From: Centruroides vittatus
Lineage: Eukaryota
Length of the DNA stretch: 64,000 bases
NCBI RefSeq assembly: GCF_030686945.1
Contig: NW_027122708.1
Span: 5,802,248-5,866,247, forward strand
Direction of reading: 5' to 3'
The notes under the pieces are model-generated. The model was not told the DNA's origin. It did not search any database and saw only the letters and a program-made list of their open reading frames with translations. Both the position numbers and the translations under genes were made by a program. Below are positions 32,152-46,139 of the stretch, in pieces; position 1 is the first letter of the stretch, and each line of letters opens with the position of its first letter.

Positions 32152-35100
32152 GTTTCGCTTCTACTCGAACGAATGATATACAGTATGTCGTCTAGTTACG
32201 TGGTTAGAAACAATATTAATTTACATCTCAAATTTCTAATTATTCCAAGAAGTAACAGATGACATTGACGACGATCGAAAAACGACGACGACGAAAATTG
32301 TACGCTAAAAAATTAAAATTCTATTGGAAAACCATGATGTGCAATCGTAAATCGTTTTTATTTATGAAAAAAAGGAAAGGGAAAAACTTTTAAACAATAA
32401 AATTAGGAAAAAAATTATAGAAAAATTGTTATAAATGTTTAGTAAGGGGGAATAGCCTTTATAAATGTATAAAATATATTCTAATCAATAAATGGCATCA
32501 TTTTAAAGGATTGAATTTAGAAATAACTGTTATTATACTTTGTAATTTTATTTACGTAATTTATAATAGCCTATATTAAACAGTAAATATTAAATTTTAA
32601 TTTTTTATTTTACGCGTATTTATTAATAAATTTTAATTTTTTTGTAATTTCTAGAAAGTTTTTTTCATTTTTTGATACTAAAATAGCTAAAATAGCTGTT
32701 CTACAGTTAGCCTATTACATCATTAGTTAAATTGGTTTTAATTATTATATCATTAATTCACTTACAGAAAATTTTTAAATTACATCCGTGAACACACAAC
32801 AGGTTTTCCTAGCTTATAAAACAGTAACAAAATATTTTGGAATTATATCATTTTATATCGTAACTGTAAAATATTATTATATTTTACAGTTAGGATGTAA
32901 TACTTACTTAAATAATACTTAAATATATTATTATATTTCAAAAAAATTAAAAGCGGTAGTAGTGAAATATTTCGTTAATATTTAGTTATATTAAATTATT
33001 ATTTATAACCCTTTGAATAAAAAAATGGCACTGAACTTACTGGCAATTTCTTTTAACAATCCTTTCCGGTCATTGAATGTAAACGGGTATCAAAGAGTTT
33101 AAATAGGCTTAAGTTTTTTTTTTATCAACCGTTTGAACTAGGGTACAAAGACTTCGGTGAACTCATTTTGTTTATTAATTCGGCCTTAATTTACGGATTT
33201 TTCAGGTTTTAATCAATTTGGCTGATAATAAAACTTCATCTTTCTTAGTAATAATCTTCTAAAACAAATTACTTTTTAACAGCAATTTACTTCTAAGAAG
33301 TAATCTATAAATTTAACAAGCGCGGCGAATATATTCTAAAAATACAACAGATCTATCACAACATTTATAAAGTATCAAAGCAATACTACTAAGTACGCAA
33401 AATCTAATACATTTTATCGAATTGTTTTAACATTCTATATATTTATTTTTAACAATCATTGAGAAACGTTTCTTTTTATTTATATAAATGTCGTGTAGTT
33501 TCTACGAAAACGTGTATATTATTTAATTGGAATCTATAATTTGTAAATATATATTTTAATTAAGAAATGAAAATTAACCGTGGAAATGACAAAACGAGTT
33601 AAATGAATGTATGAAGTCATATTAAGAATTATGCTTTTAAAAATATAGTAAAAATAAATATAAATGAAAACAGTTATGCAATGTAAAAAGAATAAATGGC
33701 ATTTATTTTTAAAAAATAATAATAATAATTGACTGAAGTAGTAGGCTTATAAGCTATCAATTTACACTTTACGAACTGAAAGTGACGGAAACAGATGTTC
33801 ATTTAGTCAAGTTTACTTCCTCTTATTAGTCAACAAACCATTAAAAATGTTTAATTACTTATATCATAATTTGCAGATTATCTATAAGGAATTCATTTAT
33901 AAAGATATATAATTCAAAATTCTATAACATTCATTAGAAAGAAACATTTTCAATTATTCTTTACTTACACACACAAGTTTGAAATGAATTTAAAACTACG
34001 ATCATAAATTTTGAAGTAAAAGGTATAAAAATTTTCTGATTTTTGTTTGTTAAATTGACTAATTGTAATTACGAAATACTTTTTAAATTTTATTTGAATT
34101 TCTCATTTGAAAGATGAATTCTGCTAACACATTAATTTAGTTATTATGTACACTACTTTAATACACCTATATCCTAATTATTAAAAAATAAACTAGAAAA
34201 TTATCTACATTTTCATCTCATCTACAATGAATTTTCTTTATGATTTGTTAATGAAGTAAATCTAATTTCTTGAATGGATATTTATGGAAATATTAACTTC
34301 TATAATCCAGTAATTTTATTTTATAATTACTGTATAATGAATAAATATGCGTTATTTTCTAGATTTTTCTATTCGATAGAATATTTACTTATCCAAGAAA
34401 TTCTAAAAGAAGAAGAAAAGATAAAACATTTGGTTTGTGTCTTAATGTCCATTTAAATTACTTAAATTGAACTTTCAGGTCTACTAAATTTTCATAATTT
34501 ACACGAAGACGAATAAAGTATTTTATCAATAAACATTATTATACATTTGTTAGTCAATTTATATTAAAATCTTAACTAATAATTAGACCTTTTATTAGTT
34601 TATTAAATTTATAAAGTAATCAGAAATTAAAACCGCAAGACCTAAATATAAAATAGAATTTCCGCTTATATTCCACGCCTACAATTTTGAAATTAATATT
34701 GAGTTCTCACGTTTATTGAATGAAGTTAATAGTTTAAACATATGAATCAACCACATGGAAATGTGTAACTGAGAACAAGGCATCATCTGATCTCTACGAA
34801 AATATTCAGTTTTTGTCGTGGTAGTACCAAAATGTGTTTCTAACAAATAAAATTTAACTTACAATTTATGTTGAAATAATTCATTTAAGTGTTAATCAAT
34901 TATATTTTTAAAAAGATATATTATACATTTAAACCTATAAACTACTATATAAATAAATGAGAAGATAATTTAGATAATGCTTAACATTTAAATTTCAAAT
35001 GTAAGAATTCAAAGAATTAAGTGATGAAAACTATCGTTACACACTATCTTAATTATGATTCCTTTAGTTAACTTTGAATAATAGAGTCCTTAATTGTTTT

Positions 35101-38100
35101 TTAATTTTTATTCGAATAAAAATGAAATCTGAAAATTTCAAGTTTTAATTCAAACTAAATTAATAGATTCGAAGTCGGCTGCAGTTTTCATGTTTAAGAA
35201 ACTATTATTAATTGTTTTATCACCGGTTCAATTGATACCTCGATTAACTTTAAATCCCAGATTTCACAGAGTCAACCGATGTCCAGCCAATTGCTCGATA
35301 TCCGGTCGTCATCCAGTATGAGGTCGTATTAATCAAGAATGAAATAAGTAGGAAGTCATTCCTCTTATTTTGTCCTTGTAACAGGACGAGTAATGTGGAT
35401 CAGCGAAAATATATCCTCTTATTAACAAGATTAATAAACAGGTAAGGATGCATTCAATAAGTTATATCCCGCATTATAACTCTTATCATCGTTTAAATAA
35501 TTTATCTTCATCCGTTTTAATTAAAACGAATTGTATTATAAAGGGAAATGAATGCAAAGTATTAATCATACAACTGTTGGAATGAACCGACTAATTTATT
35601 TTACCATACAGTTAAATCTTACGGAATTAGATTTATGTATATTTAATTCCAATAGAATTATGAATTCAAATAAATTTTAAAGTTCTATTTTATATGATAT
35701 ATTATTAGTGAACATAAAATTCTTTAGTAAAATTTTAGATAATAATAATTTAAAATTATGATATTTTGGACTTTTATAATTATAAAAACTGGAAAAAAAA
35801 TTAGTAGTACTTAAAACAAATGAAAAGAAAATAATAGCAATGTTTTATTTACTTAATATTTTATATCTACTATCAGATAGGCTTGACCAGTCTTGTTTAT
35901 TTAAAAATGATGATAATTAACAATTTATTAAGCCTATTTTATTTTTATCGCTGCTTTCATAATAAAAATCTAATGGGGTATTTAAGTTACATATAAAAAA
36001 TGTATAGAAAATGCAAGTTTTAATCGATTTATAGTATAAATATCTTTATATTAAGATTATTACCATGCAAATCTTAATAAAGATAATCTTTATATTAAGA
36101 TATTTATACTGTATATCCATTAAAATATTTATCTTAAATGTATATAAATGATATATAAATAAAATTAAAAAATAATATATCCTTAATAAATTAAATGAAT
36201 GATGTATTTATAATTTAAATTTATTTTACTGTTTTTAAATACTATAAATTTAATTATAAAGAGATATGACAACACTTTAAAATAATGCAAATGAAAATAG
36301 TATGAGCAATAAATGTGGATATTTATATTTGCCTCAAATATAATTACTTAATTATATTCTGTAATATATAGATAACATAAGCAATGATAGGAAATATATT
36401 GAGGTAATTATAAAGTAGCTTACTTTTGTATTTGCAAATTTGATGCGAGATAATCTACATTACTTTCATCTTTTGTTGAAGGACGAGGCTTAGGCATTGA
36501 CTTCAAAGAATATTTTTTATCAATATTTTCTACATAATTTAACTGGCTCCCATTTCCTCTTTCTGCAATAAATCTACAAAAATATAATAATATATTTATT
36601 TGTATTATAAATTTAAAATTATTTAATATAATCAAAATAAATGTTATATATTTTGCTATTGTTAATTTTTTTCCCTTTTATCAATATAATATATTTACAT
36701 GAGATATTCTCATATAAGACAAAGAATAATAAGAAAATTCAATAACTTGAGAGAGAAACTTCAATTTTAGATAAGAACTTGACATTTGCAAAATAAAAGA
36801 TAAAAATTTGTAATAAAAATTGAAATCATCATCCTTTTCAAATCCTGAAATTATTTAGTGTAACAAAAAAGTTGATTAATATAAATAAAATCATAGGGGA
36901 AAAAATCACCATATACTACTGATTTTTAAATTTAGTAGAATTCAAATGTTTGTAGTTTTTCTTTAATTTTAATCTTTAAGCATAAAAATGCTTAAACTTA
37001 TTCAACTTATTAATAAGAATATAATTTTAAAATTAGAAATGATTTATTTAAGTTTCATGTTTAATTACAGTAAGACCTGTGTAAACCAGACTCACACGGT
37101 ATCCAATATATTTTCCGGTGTGGCAGGTTTCTGTTTTGAACAGTTTTACTGTAGTAAATATTTGTACTTTTGTAATTTTATTTTGTTTACTTCCAAAAAA
37201 ATCCAATTAAACGATTTCCAAATTTCTTTTGTAACATACTTAATAATTAAAATAAAACATTGGCCGATGGTATTTACATAAAAGTATAAAAATATGTATT
37301 TAACATTATTAAGTATAAAAATTTAAGCATTTATGGTTACACTTATATATTCACCAATAATATTTAACTTTACTTCGAAAACTATGCTAAATATTAACTA
37401 ATCTCAGATTAAAAAGTTTCTGGTCCCACTTGAAATCGAAATGTCTATTTTGATTTTAATTTCTTTCTTGGGATATGTGTAAGTCGCGGTAATCGTGACT
37501 TGGCGTGAAATTTCTAATGAAACATGAATTTTGAGAATTTATCATTTTGCAAGAAATAGTGCGAATTTTAGAATTATCATCTTTTTCGACTGGATTTTTA
37601 TTTACACGGATTCGAAAAGGTCCAATCTACATTTTGTACGTTTACATTTAAAATATCCGTCGTAACACTACGGCGCTATAAAACGATCAATCGAATTCGA
37701 TTGGAATCTGAGCAAAACTATAAAAATTATAAATAAAACCGAGGAAAATTTCTCATCACCAGGGAAGAAAGGGAAGTATTACGCATTCCGTTTCATTGAA
37801 TAAATATTGTTTGTTGGTTTTAACCATTTTGTGTATATGAAAGGAAGCTAGAACAAAACAATTTAAAATTAATAATAACGGACAGTAGTCTTAGTTAATA
37901 ACATTTTTAGTTAGTGCTCGTATCGCATAACATCTAAGAAGCACGAAGCAAAAAATATTACTACTTAGAATAAAGTAAAAAAATTTCCACGCTAATAATG
38001 GGAACATGTTCTGCTTTACATGCAATGTTGTTGTTAATCACATCAGGAAAGCTAGTTACAAAAACATTTAAAGTCTGAGAAACCGCGAAGAATAGAAGAA

Positions 38101-38467
38101 AAAAATGAGAGGTTTTTTTATTTGGTAAAAAGGAGAAAAAGTAGAATTTGAGTTCAAACTTGGTACACAAGTTTTAAATCCGCAAAAGCCACTTGGAGCT
38201 AATACAACTCCTAGACAAAAAATTAGAATATTCACCTAACTGAAAGTTTAGAGCACATTTTCTCATGAACAACACAGAGTACGAAACTTTTTTTGACCCT
38301 ATATAAACAATGTCTATGTATATTTATTATACCCATTAATCAGACAAATTAACTCAAACGTTTTTTGTTACAAATGGAAATGAAATGACAAAAAAAGTAA
38401 AAAATAGAACAACAGTTTGACCATGACAAAAAAAAAATTAGAATATTAGCTAAATGTGGGTTTAAAT

Positions 38468-38882
38468 ATAGGAAATACAGGTATACCTCACCTTACGTCG
38501 GTAATTGGTTCCTGGAGACGCGACGTAAGTCGAATTTACTTATGTAGTAAGTCGAACTACGGTGGAAAATGCCAATAATGAGCACTTAAAGACCGCTAAA
38601 CAAGACGACAACACAAACACAGATGTTTTCATGTTTCGTTCTCTAGGATTTATGATTATTATATTAACATTTACTGTAAATGTACATATTTTAATATGAT
38701 CTTATTTGCTTTTAACGCTTTTCTAGTGATATTACTACTTCAATATTTGTGGCGGACGGACGTAAAGTCGAATAAAATGACTTAAACTTGATTTTTATTT
38801 TTCCATGTACTTTTTTCACAAACGACGTATAATCGAGAACGACGTAACTCGAGGTATACCTGTACAATAAAATAAACTTATT
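38468..38882. mobile_element. Tigger-type MITE (about 415 bp), TIR CAGGTATACCTC..., TA TSD, nested in the Tc1-like element
   Basis: The left end reads TA|CAGGTATACCTCACCTTACGTCG and the right end CGACGTAACTCGAGGTATACCTG|TA. CGACGTAAGTCGAA subterminal repeats are present. The TIR resembles the canonical Tigger/pogo CAGGCATACCTCG terminus. Confidence 0.7.
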
Positions 38883-38940
38883 TTGTTGCGTCGCCTTTTG
38901 CCATAATCAGTGCTCGCAATCTGTCGGGCATGGTGCGGAT

Positions 38941-40097
38941 TAGGATTTCTCAAACGTGATCCCAGGATCCCGGTTATTTTTTTTAACCCGGGAAATTCCG
39001 CAAATTTCTTAAAAATTCACTTTTTTCTTATTTTATATTAAGGTTGAGGAAATTTTGCAAATAGAAAGTATAATTAACTCAAACTGTCAGAATACATTTG
39101 TATTTATTAATTTTAAACCTACTTATTAGATTTTTCTAATTTTTCAATTGTTATGGCATGTCACAAATGGTCAATAATCAATACGTAGCTTATTTATGGC
39201 AGGACTCTCAAAATTCTTTACCAGTAATATCTGGAATAATTGTGCTTATGCTGTCTTAATTTTTAACCATGCCCGGTAGCTTCAATAACTGCGTAACGCC
39301 AAGTTGCGCAAATTGGACAAGGATACAAACGAGTACGAAGTCTGCAAGTATGAAGTTTTTCTTCATAAACCTGATTATTAAAGTCAAACGAACTGCCGAA
39401 TTATTGGGCTATAAGCTTGATGTTTCTATTAAAGCAGCCGAGGTAGACAAATCAAGAATACTAAAGAAGAAAAAAGTACTACAATCTCGAAAACGAACTA
39501 GAAATCTTTCAGGATACAAGTGAAAAACACATATTTGTCTTCTCTTAAATGCATTAAACACGATTCCAATCACATCAATTGAATCGGAAAAGGCATTCTC
39601 GGTAGCAAGACTTTTCATTACTAAAATAAAAATTAGATTGAATGATCGGAGTATTGACCATCTTTGGTTTTCAAAATCTTATAATACAAAATATTGTAAA
39701 TTTTTGTTTTATTTAAAAACGAAAATTACTTTTTAAGTTAGAAGTTTGATCGAAGTTCATTTTTTAAAAATTTTTAACTCAATTCAAAGCATTTTGTTGT
39801 TGTTGTTGTATGCAGTTTCCAGCAAACTTTAAATTTTTTCTATTTGTGAAAATTTCTATGTAATTCAAAGGTAATTTTTAATATATATCTTACATAGCAT
39901 AATTAATATGATTTTGGAGGTTACAGAACGTATTAAATTACTTTAGAAAACGAATAATAATTATATCATTTGATTTCATGATATTTTGTATATCTTAAAA
40001 ATAATTAATTTTGTCCTGGGATTTCCGGGATCCCAGGACAATCAGTTTTATCCTGGAATCCTGGGACAAGCAAAAGACCGGGAAATGAGAGACCCTA
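38941..40097. mobile_element. hAT-like non-autonomous element, copy B; 8-bp TSD GTGCGGAT / GTGGGGAT
   Basis: The termini are TAGGATTTCTC...GAGAGACCCTA. The flanks match at 7 of 8 positions. It is inserted in the Tc1-like element and contains the conserved ORF at 39269-39523. Confidence 0.6.
39269..39523 (+). CDS. Conserved 84-aa ORF of the hAT-like family (copy B)
   Basis: The ORF reads MPGSFNNCVTPSCANWTRIQTSTKSASMKFFFINLIIKVKRTAELLGYKLDVSIKAAEVDKSRILKKKKVLQSRKRTRNLSGYK. It differs from copy A at about 6 residues and has no stops. Confidence 0.3.
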   Translation: MPGSFNNCVTPSCANWTRIQTSTKSASMKFFFINLIIKVKRTAELLGYKLDVSIKAAEVDKSRILKKKKVLQSRKRTRNLSGYK

Positions 40098-40109
40098 GTG
40101 GGGATTAAT

Positions 40110-40990
40110 GCTTCGCATTCGTTTCTGGTGATGCAGTTCCAAATGTGTCGAATGTACGTCACTAGTTCCGCTTTAAAAGTTGATCACCGTTCATTAAGTC
40201 GTCATTTCGTGACTCCCCACAAAACTTCAATGGATTTAAGTCTGAGGAATTGCTTGGCCAACGCACGATTGCAATCTGTCGTTCTTGTAACCAACGTATC
40301 GTTGACTTCGCTGTATGAGAGGATGCTCCATCTTCTTGAAATAGAAATGTTTTCTCAATTAAATCCTCTGTCGATGGTATCATAAATGTCTCTAAGATGT
40401 CTAGATATGTCTGTGCATTGACACGTTCCCGAAGAATGCACAGTTGTCCTACGCCGTTAGCACTCATGCATCCCCAGATCATGACAGACGATGCAAACTT
40501 CACGGATCTCTTCATACAGTCCTTTTCGAAGGTTTCCAGCCTCTGGTTGTTCTTTTCCAGGTTTCCTTTCCAGCCTCTGGTTGTTCTCCATACACGTGGG
40601 CCTTGGTCACTACAGGAGAGACAAAACAGGGATTCGTGACTGAAAAGAACGTTATTCCAGTCGTCTTGTTCCACATGAGCCTTTCTCTGTACCATCTGAC
40701 ACTCGCTTGTCGTTGCTTTTTCGTTAGAGATGGCTTTGCCTTGGGAACACGGAAGTTGAAGTGCAAGTCGTGCAACCTTTGGCATCTACTAACGTTCACT
40801 CCAGTTGCTCTGCATTGTGCGTGTAAGTGTTTAACGCTCTTAAAGCGGTTTTGCACGACAATCCTCAAGTTTCTCACATCTCTCTCAGTCGTTGATCGTT
40901 TACGTCCACATTTCTGGCGTTTATTAGTTAAAAGTTGAACACTGTTTTGTTTCAGTACTCTAGAGACTGTTGGCTGCAAGCATTTTACAT
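40110..40990 (-). pseudogene. Tc1-family transposase (HTH plus DDE), frameshifted
   Basis: Two overlapping frames read ...RKRSTTERDVRNLRIVVQNRFKSVKHLHAQCRATGVNVSRCQRLHDLHFNFRVPKAKPSLTKKQRQASVRWYRERLMW... and WNNVLFSHESLFCLSCSDQGPRVWR...MIWGCMSANGVGQLCIL...LFQEDGASSHTAKSTIRWLQERQIAIVRWPSNSSDLNPLKF. These carry the Tc1 D,D34E catalytic signature. Confidence 0.7.
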
Positions 40991-41419
40991 AATTCGCAAT
41001 TTATTGTTGTTTTCCTACTTTGTACAAGGCTATGATAATACCTTTAGTTCTGTCACTGATGTCGCGCTTACGCTCCATGTTGTACTGTTATACTGCTCTG
41101 CTCAGCAATATGGAAATTTGCATTACAATATAGTTTTTCATGGGTGTTTGTTTGGCTGTTTTCGCTAATATTCTAATTTTTTTTTTTTTTTGTCATGGTC
41201 AAACTGTTATTCTATTTCTTTTTTTTTGTCATTTCATTTCCATTTGTAACAAAAAAACGTTTGAGTTAATTTGTCTGATTAATAGGTATAATAAATATAC
41301 ACAGACATTGTTTATATAGGGTCAAAAAAAGTTTCGTACTCTGTGTTGTTCATGAGAAAATGTACACTAAACTTTCAGTTAGGTATATATTCTACAAGGG
41401 TGGATCCGAAAAAGGTTAC

Positions 41420-41850
41420 AAAGGTAATAAAAAATTATTTACTGATAATTCCCTTTTGTATTTTCTGTCTATTAAGAGGCATACTTGCCAATCACTTTTC
41501 CACAATCATCAAATCTATTTAGCCATTTATCTGAACGCAGGACCAACTTGTATAACCTGGCTTGGTAGAAATGACGTCCCTGCCCATTGAGCCAGTTCTC
41601 GGCAGCTGTTTTCACATCACTGAAGAGAACCTTGTTCCGGATAAGTTTTTCTTCATTTTCAGAAAAAGAAAATAGTCATTGGGTGCCAAATTTGTGCTGT
41701 ATGGGAGGTGGCTTGGAGAATCCCCATTTGAACTTTTGCAAGCAGTATGAGGCCTGGCATTGTCATGCAGGAGGATGACAACATCACTCAACGTTCAACA
41801 CGCCAGGGCGTTTGCGTCAGATGCCCATAAGAAACGAATCACAGCTGGCA
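41420..41850 (-). pseudogene. mariner transposase C-terminal fragment with stops
   Basis: The minus-strand translation reads ..VVILLHDNARPHTA...LPYSTNLAPNDYFLFLKMKKNLSGTRFSS......LNGQGRHFYQARLYKLVLRSDKWLNRFDDCGK, which matches HDNARPH ... YSPDLAPSDY.LF ... the mariner tail. Confidence 0.55.
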
Positions 41851-42199
41851 CCTCCAAGCGAGACCACTTTTCTAAACGTCTTGCTATTTCAATCACTGAC
41901 GCGTCAGCGAACTTACACTACCTACCTGCACAACCGCTGTAAGACAACTAGTACCATCTGTCTCCACTCTGGAGAAAAAAATATTCCCTCCACATTAATT
42001 ACTTTCCAAATGCTGCTGCTTGTAACCTGTTTTTGGATCTACCTACGTAATTTTTTGTCTAGGAGTTGTAGACGCTTTTACATTAGTTCACATCCCTTTG
42101 GAAAAACTAGACTTTTCTAAATTACGAGAATTTTTAACAAAGAATATCCCTGTGGCGCGCTGTCATTGGCAAACAAGTTGAGACAGGATTTATGTAAGT

Positions 42200-43060
42200 T
42201 GCCGACATATGGGGGCAATTAGTTAATTGCGCGTCAGGAAAAACCCAGGGACCGATCGTACGTGGGTGGTGGCGGCAGAGGCAAAGATGACGAGTGTCTT
42301 ACAACAACCATTTATTTTAACATCAAAGCAAACTTACAAAGAACAATACGCGTTGCGATCTAGATCGTCTGCGGCAGGAGCTCCGGATGATGGTGATCGG
42401 GGAGTGCTGTCGTCGGTGAAGCCCCGGGGCAGTCGGGCAGAAGAGTCCGAGGGGTCGGTGACGGACGTCGGTGAAAGAGTAGGTGGCTGTTTGGAGTCCC
42501 GTCGTTCACTTCCTGGTCGAAAGCTCCGTCGTCTCCCCTCCGACCTTGATTCGGGGATTTTTATACGATACGATTTTCCCTCGAATCTTCCCCTCTTGGT
42601 CTTGGGTCCCTTTTTCCTTTTCTCGATTGGTCAGTCTCTTGTTTCTAAGCAAGACGAAAACCAAGTTTGGCCGGGGACGGCGCCCGAACGTTGACAGCTA
42701 CTCACATAATTTACACTGTTTGCCCCCCTCGCGCGGACATCTGGCTGAACCGATCAGCGAAACGTTCTGTGGCCGACCCTCTTTCGAGACGGTCCCGGGC
42801 TCACATGGTCTAACAGGTGTCCTTGACCATATGTCTCTCTTCTTTCTCCCCTTTTTGTTAATTGTTTACATCTCGACTCTTGTATACGAGCACCGCGACA
42901 TCCCCTTCGTCGTTTATTACCGCGTTGTGTTTGTTTTAGAAGAAATGCTTTACATCGGTCAGGTTTGTAGCCCGATGCGCGTTCTCGCTCCGATTGACTT
43001 TCCGAAATTTCCCGATGTAGTAATCTTGTAATCAATCGAATTCCCGGCGCGATTTTAGGA
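42200..43060. other. GC- and CpG-rich island of about 0.9 kb with long overlapping ORFs in several frames; unclassified
   Basis: The block shifts abruptly to more than 50% GC and has many CG dinucleotides (for example CGCGCGGACATCTGGCTGAACCGATCAGCGAAACG). It has 155- and 182-aa plus-strand ORFs and a 93-aa minus-strand ORF with no motif I recognise. It could be an LTR or promoter-like TE segment, or a CpG island. Confidence 0.25.
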
Positions 43061-45677
43061 TCTTCACATTTATCTGCCAGTTTTAGAGAAAATTAAACAA
43101 GTTAGCCTCCATTATAAGCTTCTTTTAGTCTAACTTTTGAGTTTTGTTACAGATGAAAGTAGTGACTTTCAAGATTGTATTTATGCTGCTGTCAAAAGGA
43201 CAACAATAATTGTTTAGATTTACAATACTACTTAATAACGAGTGAATGTTTGTTTGGATGTCGTATATACAACAGTTGCACAATCTACACGAACGTGCAA
43301 GTATCGGGATTTGTCACGGATAATCCAAAGTATATTGAAAAAATATTTGAAGGACTGAAAATATTTTCAAACTGTGTTCATATAATGTGCAATGTGCACA
43401 ATGTTGCATTAGTGAGGAATGTTTGGCAAGCTCATTTTACTATGGTCGACAGGTTTGTAGCATGTGTGCGAAGGCAGCTTTAAACACTGCCACAGCAAGA
43501 AAATAATGCACTGTATCCCAGCTTCTCAATAACAGTCCCTTGGAAAAGAATCGTTTCCTCCGGAATATGTAGTGACTTGGTGGAATACATACAGGTGGGA
43601 GAAAAAAAACTAGGCATTGAGAAATCGTTATATTATTTTGTAATAATAATGCAATCATAATAAAATTTGTATGTACAGTACATGTACATAAATCAATGGA
43701 ATTTTATACTTCCCGCATCAGTGGTGTGGGCAATAACAGAGAGAGGCTGCACTCAGAGGAAAAAATAGCCAACCGCTTGTCGGTTTAGGAGCGAGCGCAA
43801 ATTGCTTCACGCAATGAGATGTGGAAATCACTGGTTGCTGTGCAGTGATAGTGGCGTACGGTAAAGGTACAATACATCATGCCACAATCCATCGAGAAAC
43901 AATCAAGAATTATCATTCGAAACTAAAATGACCATGGTTCGGTTACGGACGCATAAAGAAGTGGCCATTCATTTAACTTACATCACGATCTGAGGAAAAC
44001 GTCTCGATGATAGATGGCGATGGTGTATCCATTGACTTTTAAGGTAGGTATCTGTATTTAATAAGGTATTGAACATGTCAAGCAATTTTTATCATCTCTG
44101 CGCTAGAAATATACAAATTAGAGAGATTGCTAGATGCCTAGTTATTTTCCACCCATGCTGTAGTTTGGTGACAATTAGTTACCATACCAGATACTTTGAA
44201 ATTTACAGAAATGAAACGTAAAATCACTCCTGCAACAACTATGATGAAAGAATTAGAAAAGATACTTAATGGCAAATTTCTTCTAGAAGATATGAAATTT
44301 ATTGCCGAGCATGCTTCTAGACTGCAGTCAGAATCTGATTTGAAGCTTGTAAAGTGAAAATCAAACATATGAAAAAAATAAAAATAATGTGTTGGATTGG
44401 TTCCATGGCTAAATAAACCAGCAACGAGTTGCTCAACTTTCCCGGAAACAGTTAAAATTTTGGTGGCACCATCTGTTAAAAATATCATATTTTATTAAAA
44501 AACTTTTTATAACTATTATAAAACGGCAAAAGGTCGTTTTTGAGGACAGGGATTTTGAGGATAAAAAAAATTGGAAATGCTAATAACTAGTAAAATCGTC
44601 ATTGAAGTTTGACCCTACTGGAGATACACGCGACCCTCTTCCCACCCCTTGACATTTAACCACCAAAATTTAATATCATCAATCCCCTAATAAACAAACC
44701 TCCCTGCAAAATTTCAGAAATTTTCGACAAAAAGCACAGGAATTATTAAGCTTCAAACAGGGTGAACAAAATCGTGCCCTCCACACACAAACTAACATCT
44801 ATATATACAGAAATTACCTCCGAATTTTTTTGTATTTCACGACGTTTCAAGGTAACCTAAGTCGAAAAATGTAAAAATCTGGGGGGGAGCATATTTTGCC
44901 TGATCGCCATACTTTTCCTCTGTTATATATAAAAGCCGAGAATATAAAAAAGAAATACTCCTGTTTTCTACAAAGAAATTCTTACAAGAAGTATTTTTTG
45001 CAATTATGGACAAAGCACGCTAAGCATCATTCCCATGTGTTCGACAACGTTATTCTATACCGTTTCAAATGGAGTTCCAAATTTTAATCGGCCAAGTATG
45101 CAGATTTCTCATATTTTTGACTCAACGTACGCATCTATGCTAAAAGAGAAGCTTTTCCAAGTTCGACATTTCTTTTATAGGCAACATTTCCGTCTTTTCA
45201 TTACAGGTTTAAATCTCTCACTACTTCAAATGTGTCCACTAAGTAAATGAATCCATCCCAGTTAGAGAGTTTTGGAAAACGCAAGCTACTGCTGAGAAAC
45301 TTGCTATTCTTCCAATTTGACAGCCAAATATTTAGATAAAAAGAGATCACACGTTTCCGTTGAGAGGACAAAAAACAAAAAAAATGTAAAAATTAAAAAG
45401 TAAATTTATCAAAATTGAAAAAACGGAAAAAATATAAATTACTAGAAACTACGAATAGGCCTACATCGAAAAAATAGTTCAGTTTAAGTTGTAATTTTCA
45501 TCTATATTTAAAATAAAATTTTTGTAACTTAAAAGTAAAGAATCGTAATTGTTAAAAGAATGAATGGCATATATATATATATATGCCATTCAATTTTTTT
45601 TTTTTTTACTACTAAATATATGTTAGTTTTGCGAAATATAATTAAATTACACGATAGGAACCAGGATCGTGTAAACC

Positions 45678-46139
45678 AGGGGTCACCAAACTTTTTTCAC
45701 AGCGCCCCAGATAACTGAGAGAATGACGAGCGCGGGCCGTATAACCATTTTTCTCAATACAGCACAATGAATACAAAAAATAAAGACAACCAACATATTT
45801 ATTTACCAATACACAAACGCGATCGCTGCAGCAAGCTCGTAATCGCTTTTCTTAGAAACTTCATTGCAGGTACTTACACAAAAAGCGCTGATATCCAAAG
45901 TTGCCGAATTTTTTATTTCACTGATTTTCCTAAAAATGATATTACTGTCAGATGCAAAAATCAAATTAGACCAATTTTGGCATTTTTACTTACAACTTAT
46001 TTTAATTTTTTCTACGTGGTAAGTTCATCTACAATCTATGATATTTCCATATAAATAATTATATTTTAGCTCATTTGTGGCACAGTGCGGCGGCGGGCCA
46101 GATGAACTGACCTCGCGGGCCGTAGTTTGGTGACCCCTG
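45678..46139. mobile_element. MITE (about 460 bp) with 15-bp TIR (C)AGGGGTCACCAAAC and a 9-bp direct repeat GTGTAAACC at both flanks
   Basis: The left junction reads CGTGTAAACC|AGGGGTCACCAAACTTTT and the right GTTTGGTGACCCCT|GGTGTAAACC. There is an internal CGCGGGCCGT near both ends. The TSD length of 8-9 bp suggests hAT, Mutator or Merlin type. Confidence 0.55.

Larger units (their letters stand above)
38226..41392 (-). mobile_element. Tc1-like DNA transposon with long (about 235 bp) terminal inverted repeats, 3.2 kb including two nested insertions; TA TSD
   Basis: The stretch 38226-38447 is the reverse complement of 41152-41392 (GAATATTCACCTAACTGAAAGTTTAGAGCACATTTTCTCATGAACAACACAGAGTACGAAAC...). 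TA flanks both ends. The interior encodes a frameshifted Tc1 transposase on the minus strand. Confidence 0.6.

Noticed and set aside
30640-38200. The 7.5 kb extremely AT-rich stretch, including the ORF at 36420-36635, as gene-bearing
   Set aside because: No ORF exceeds about 70 aa. Translations are low-complexity (Ile, Asn, Lys, Phe rich). There are no splice-site-bounded exons with recognisable motifs. The stretch is probably intergenic or intronic and contains only a poly(A) tract and AT palindromes.
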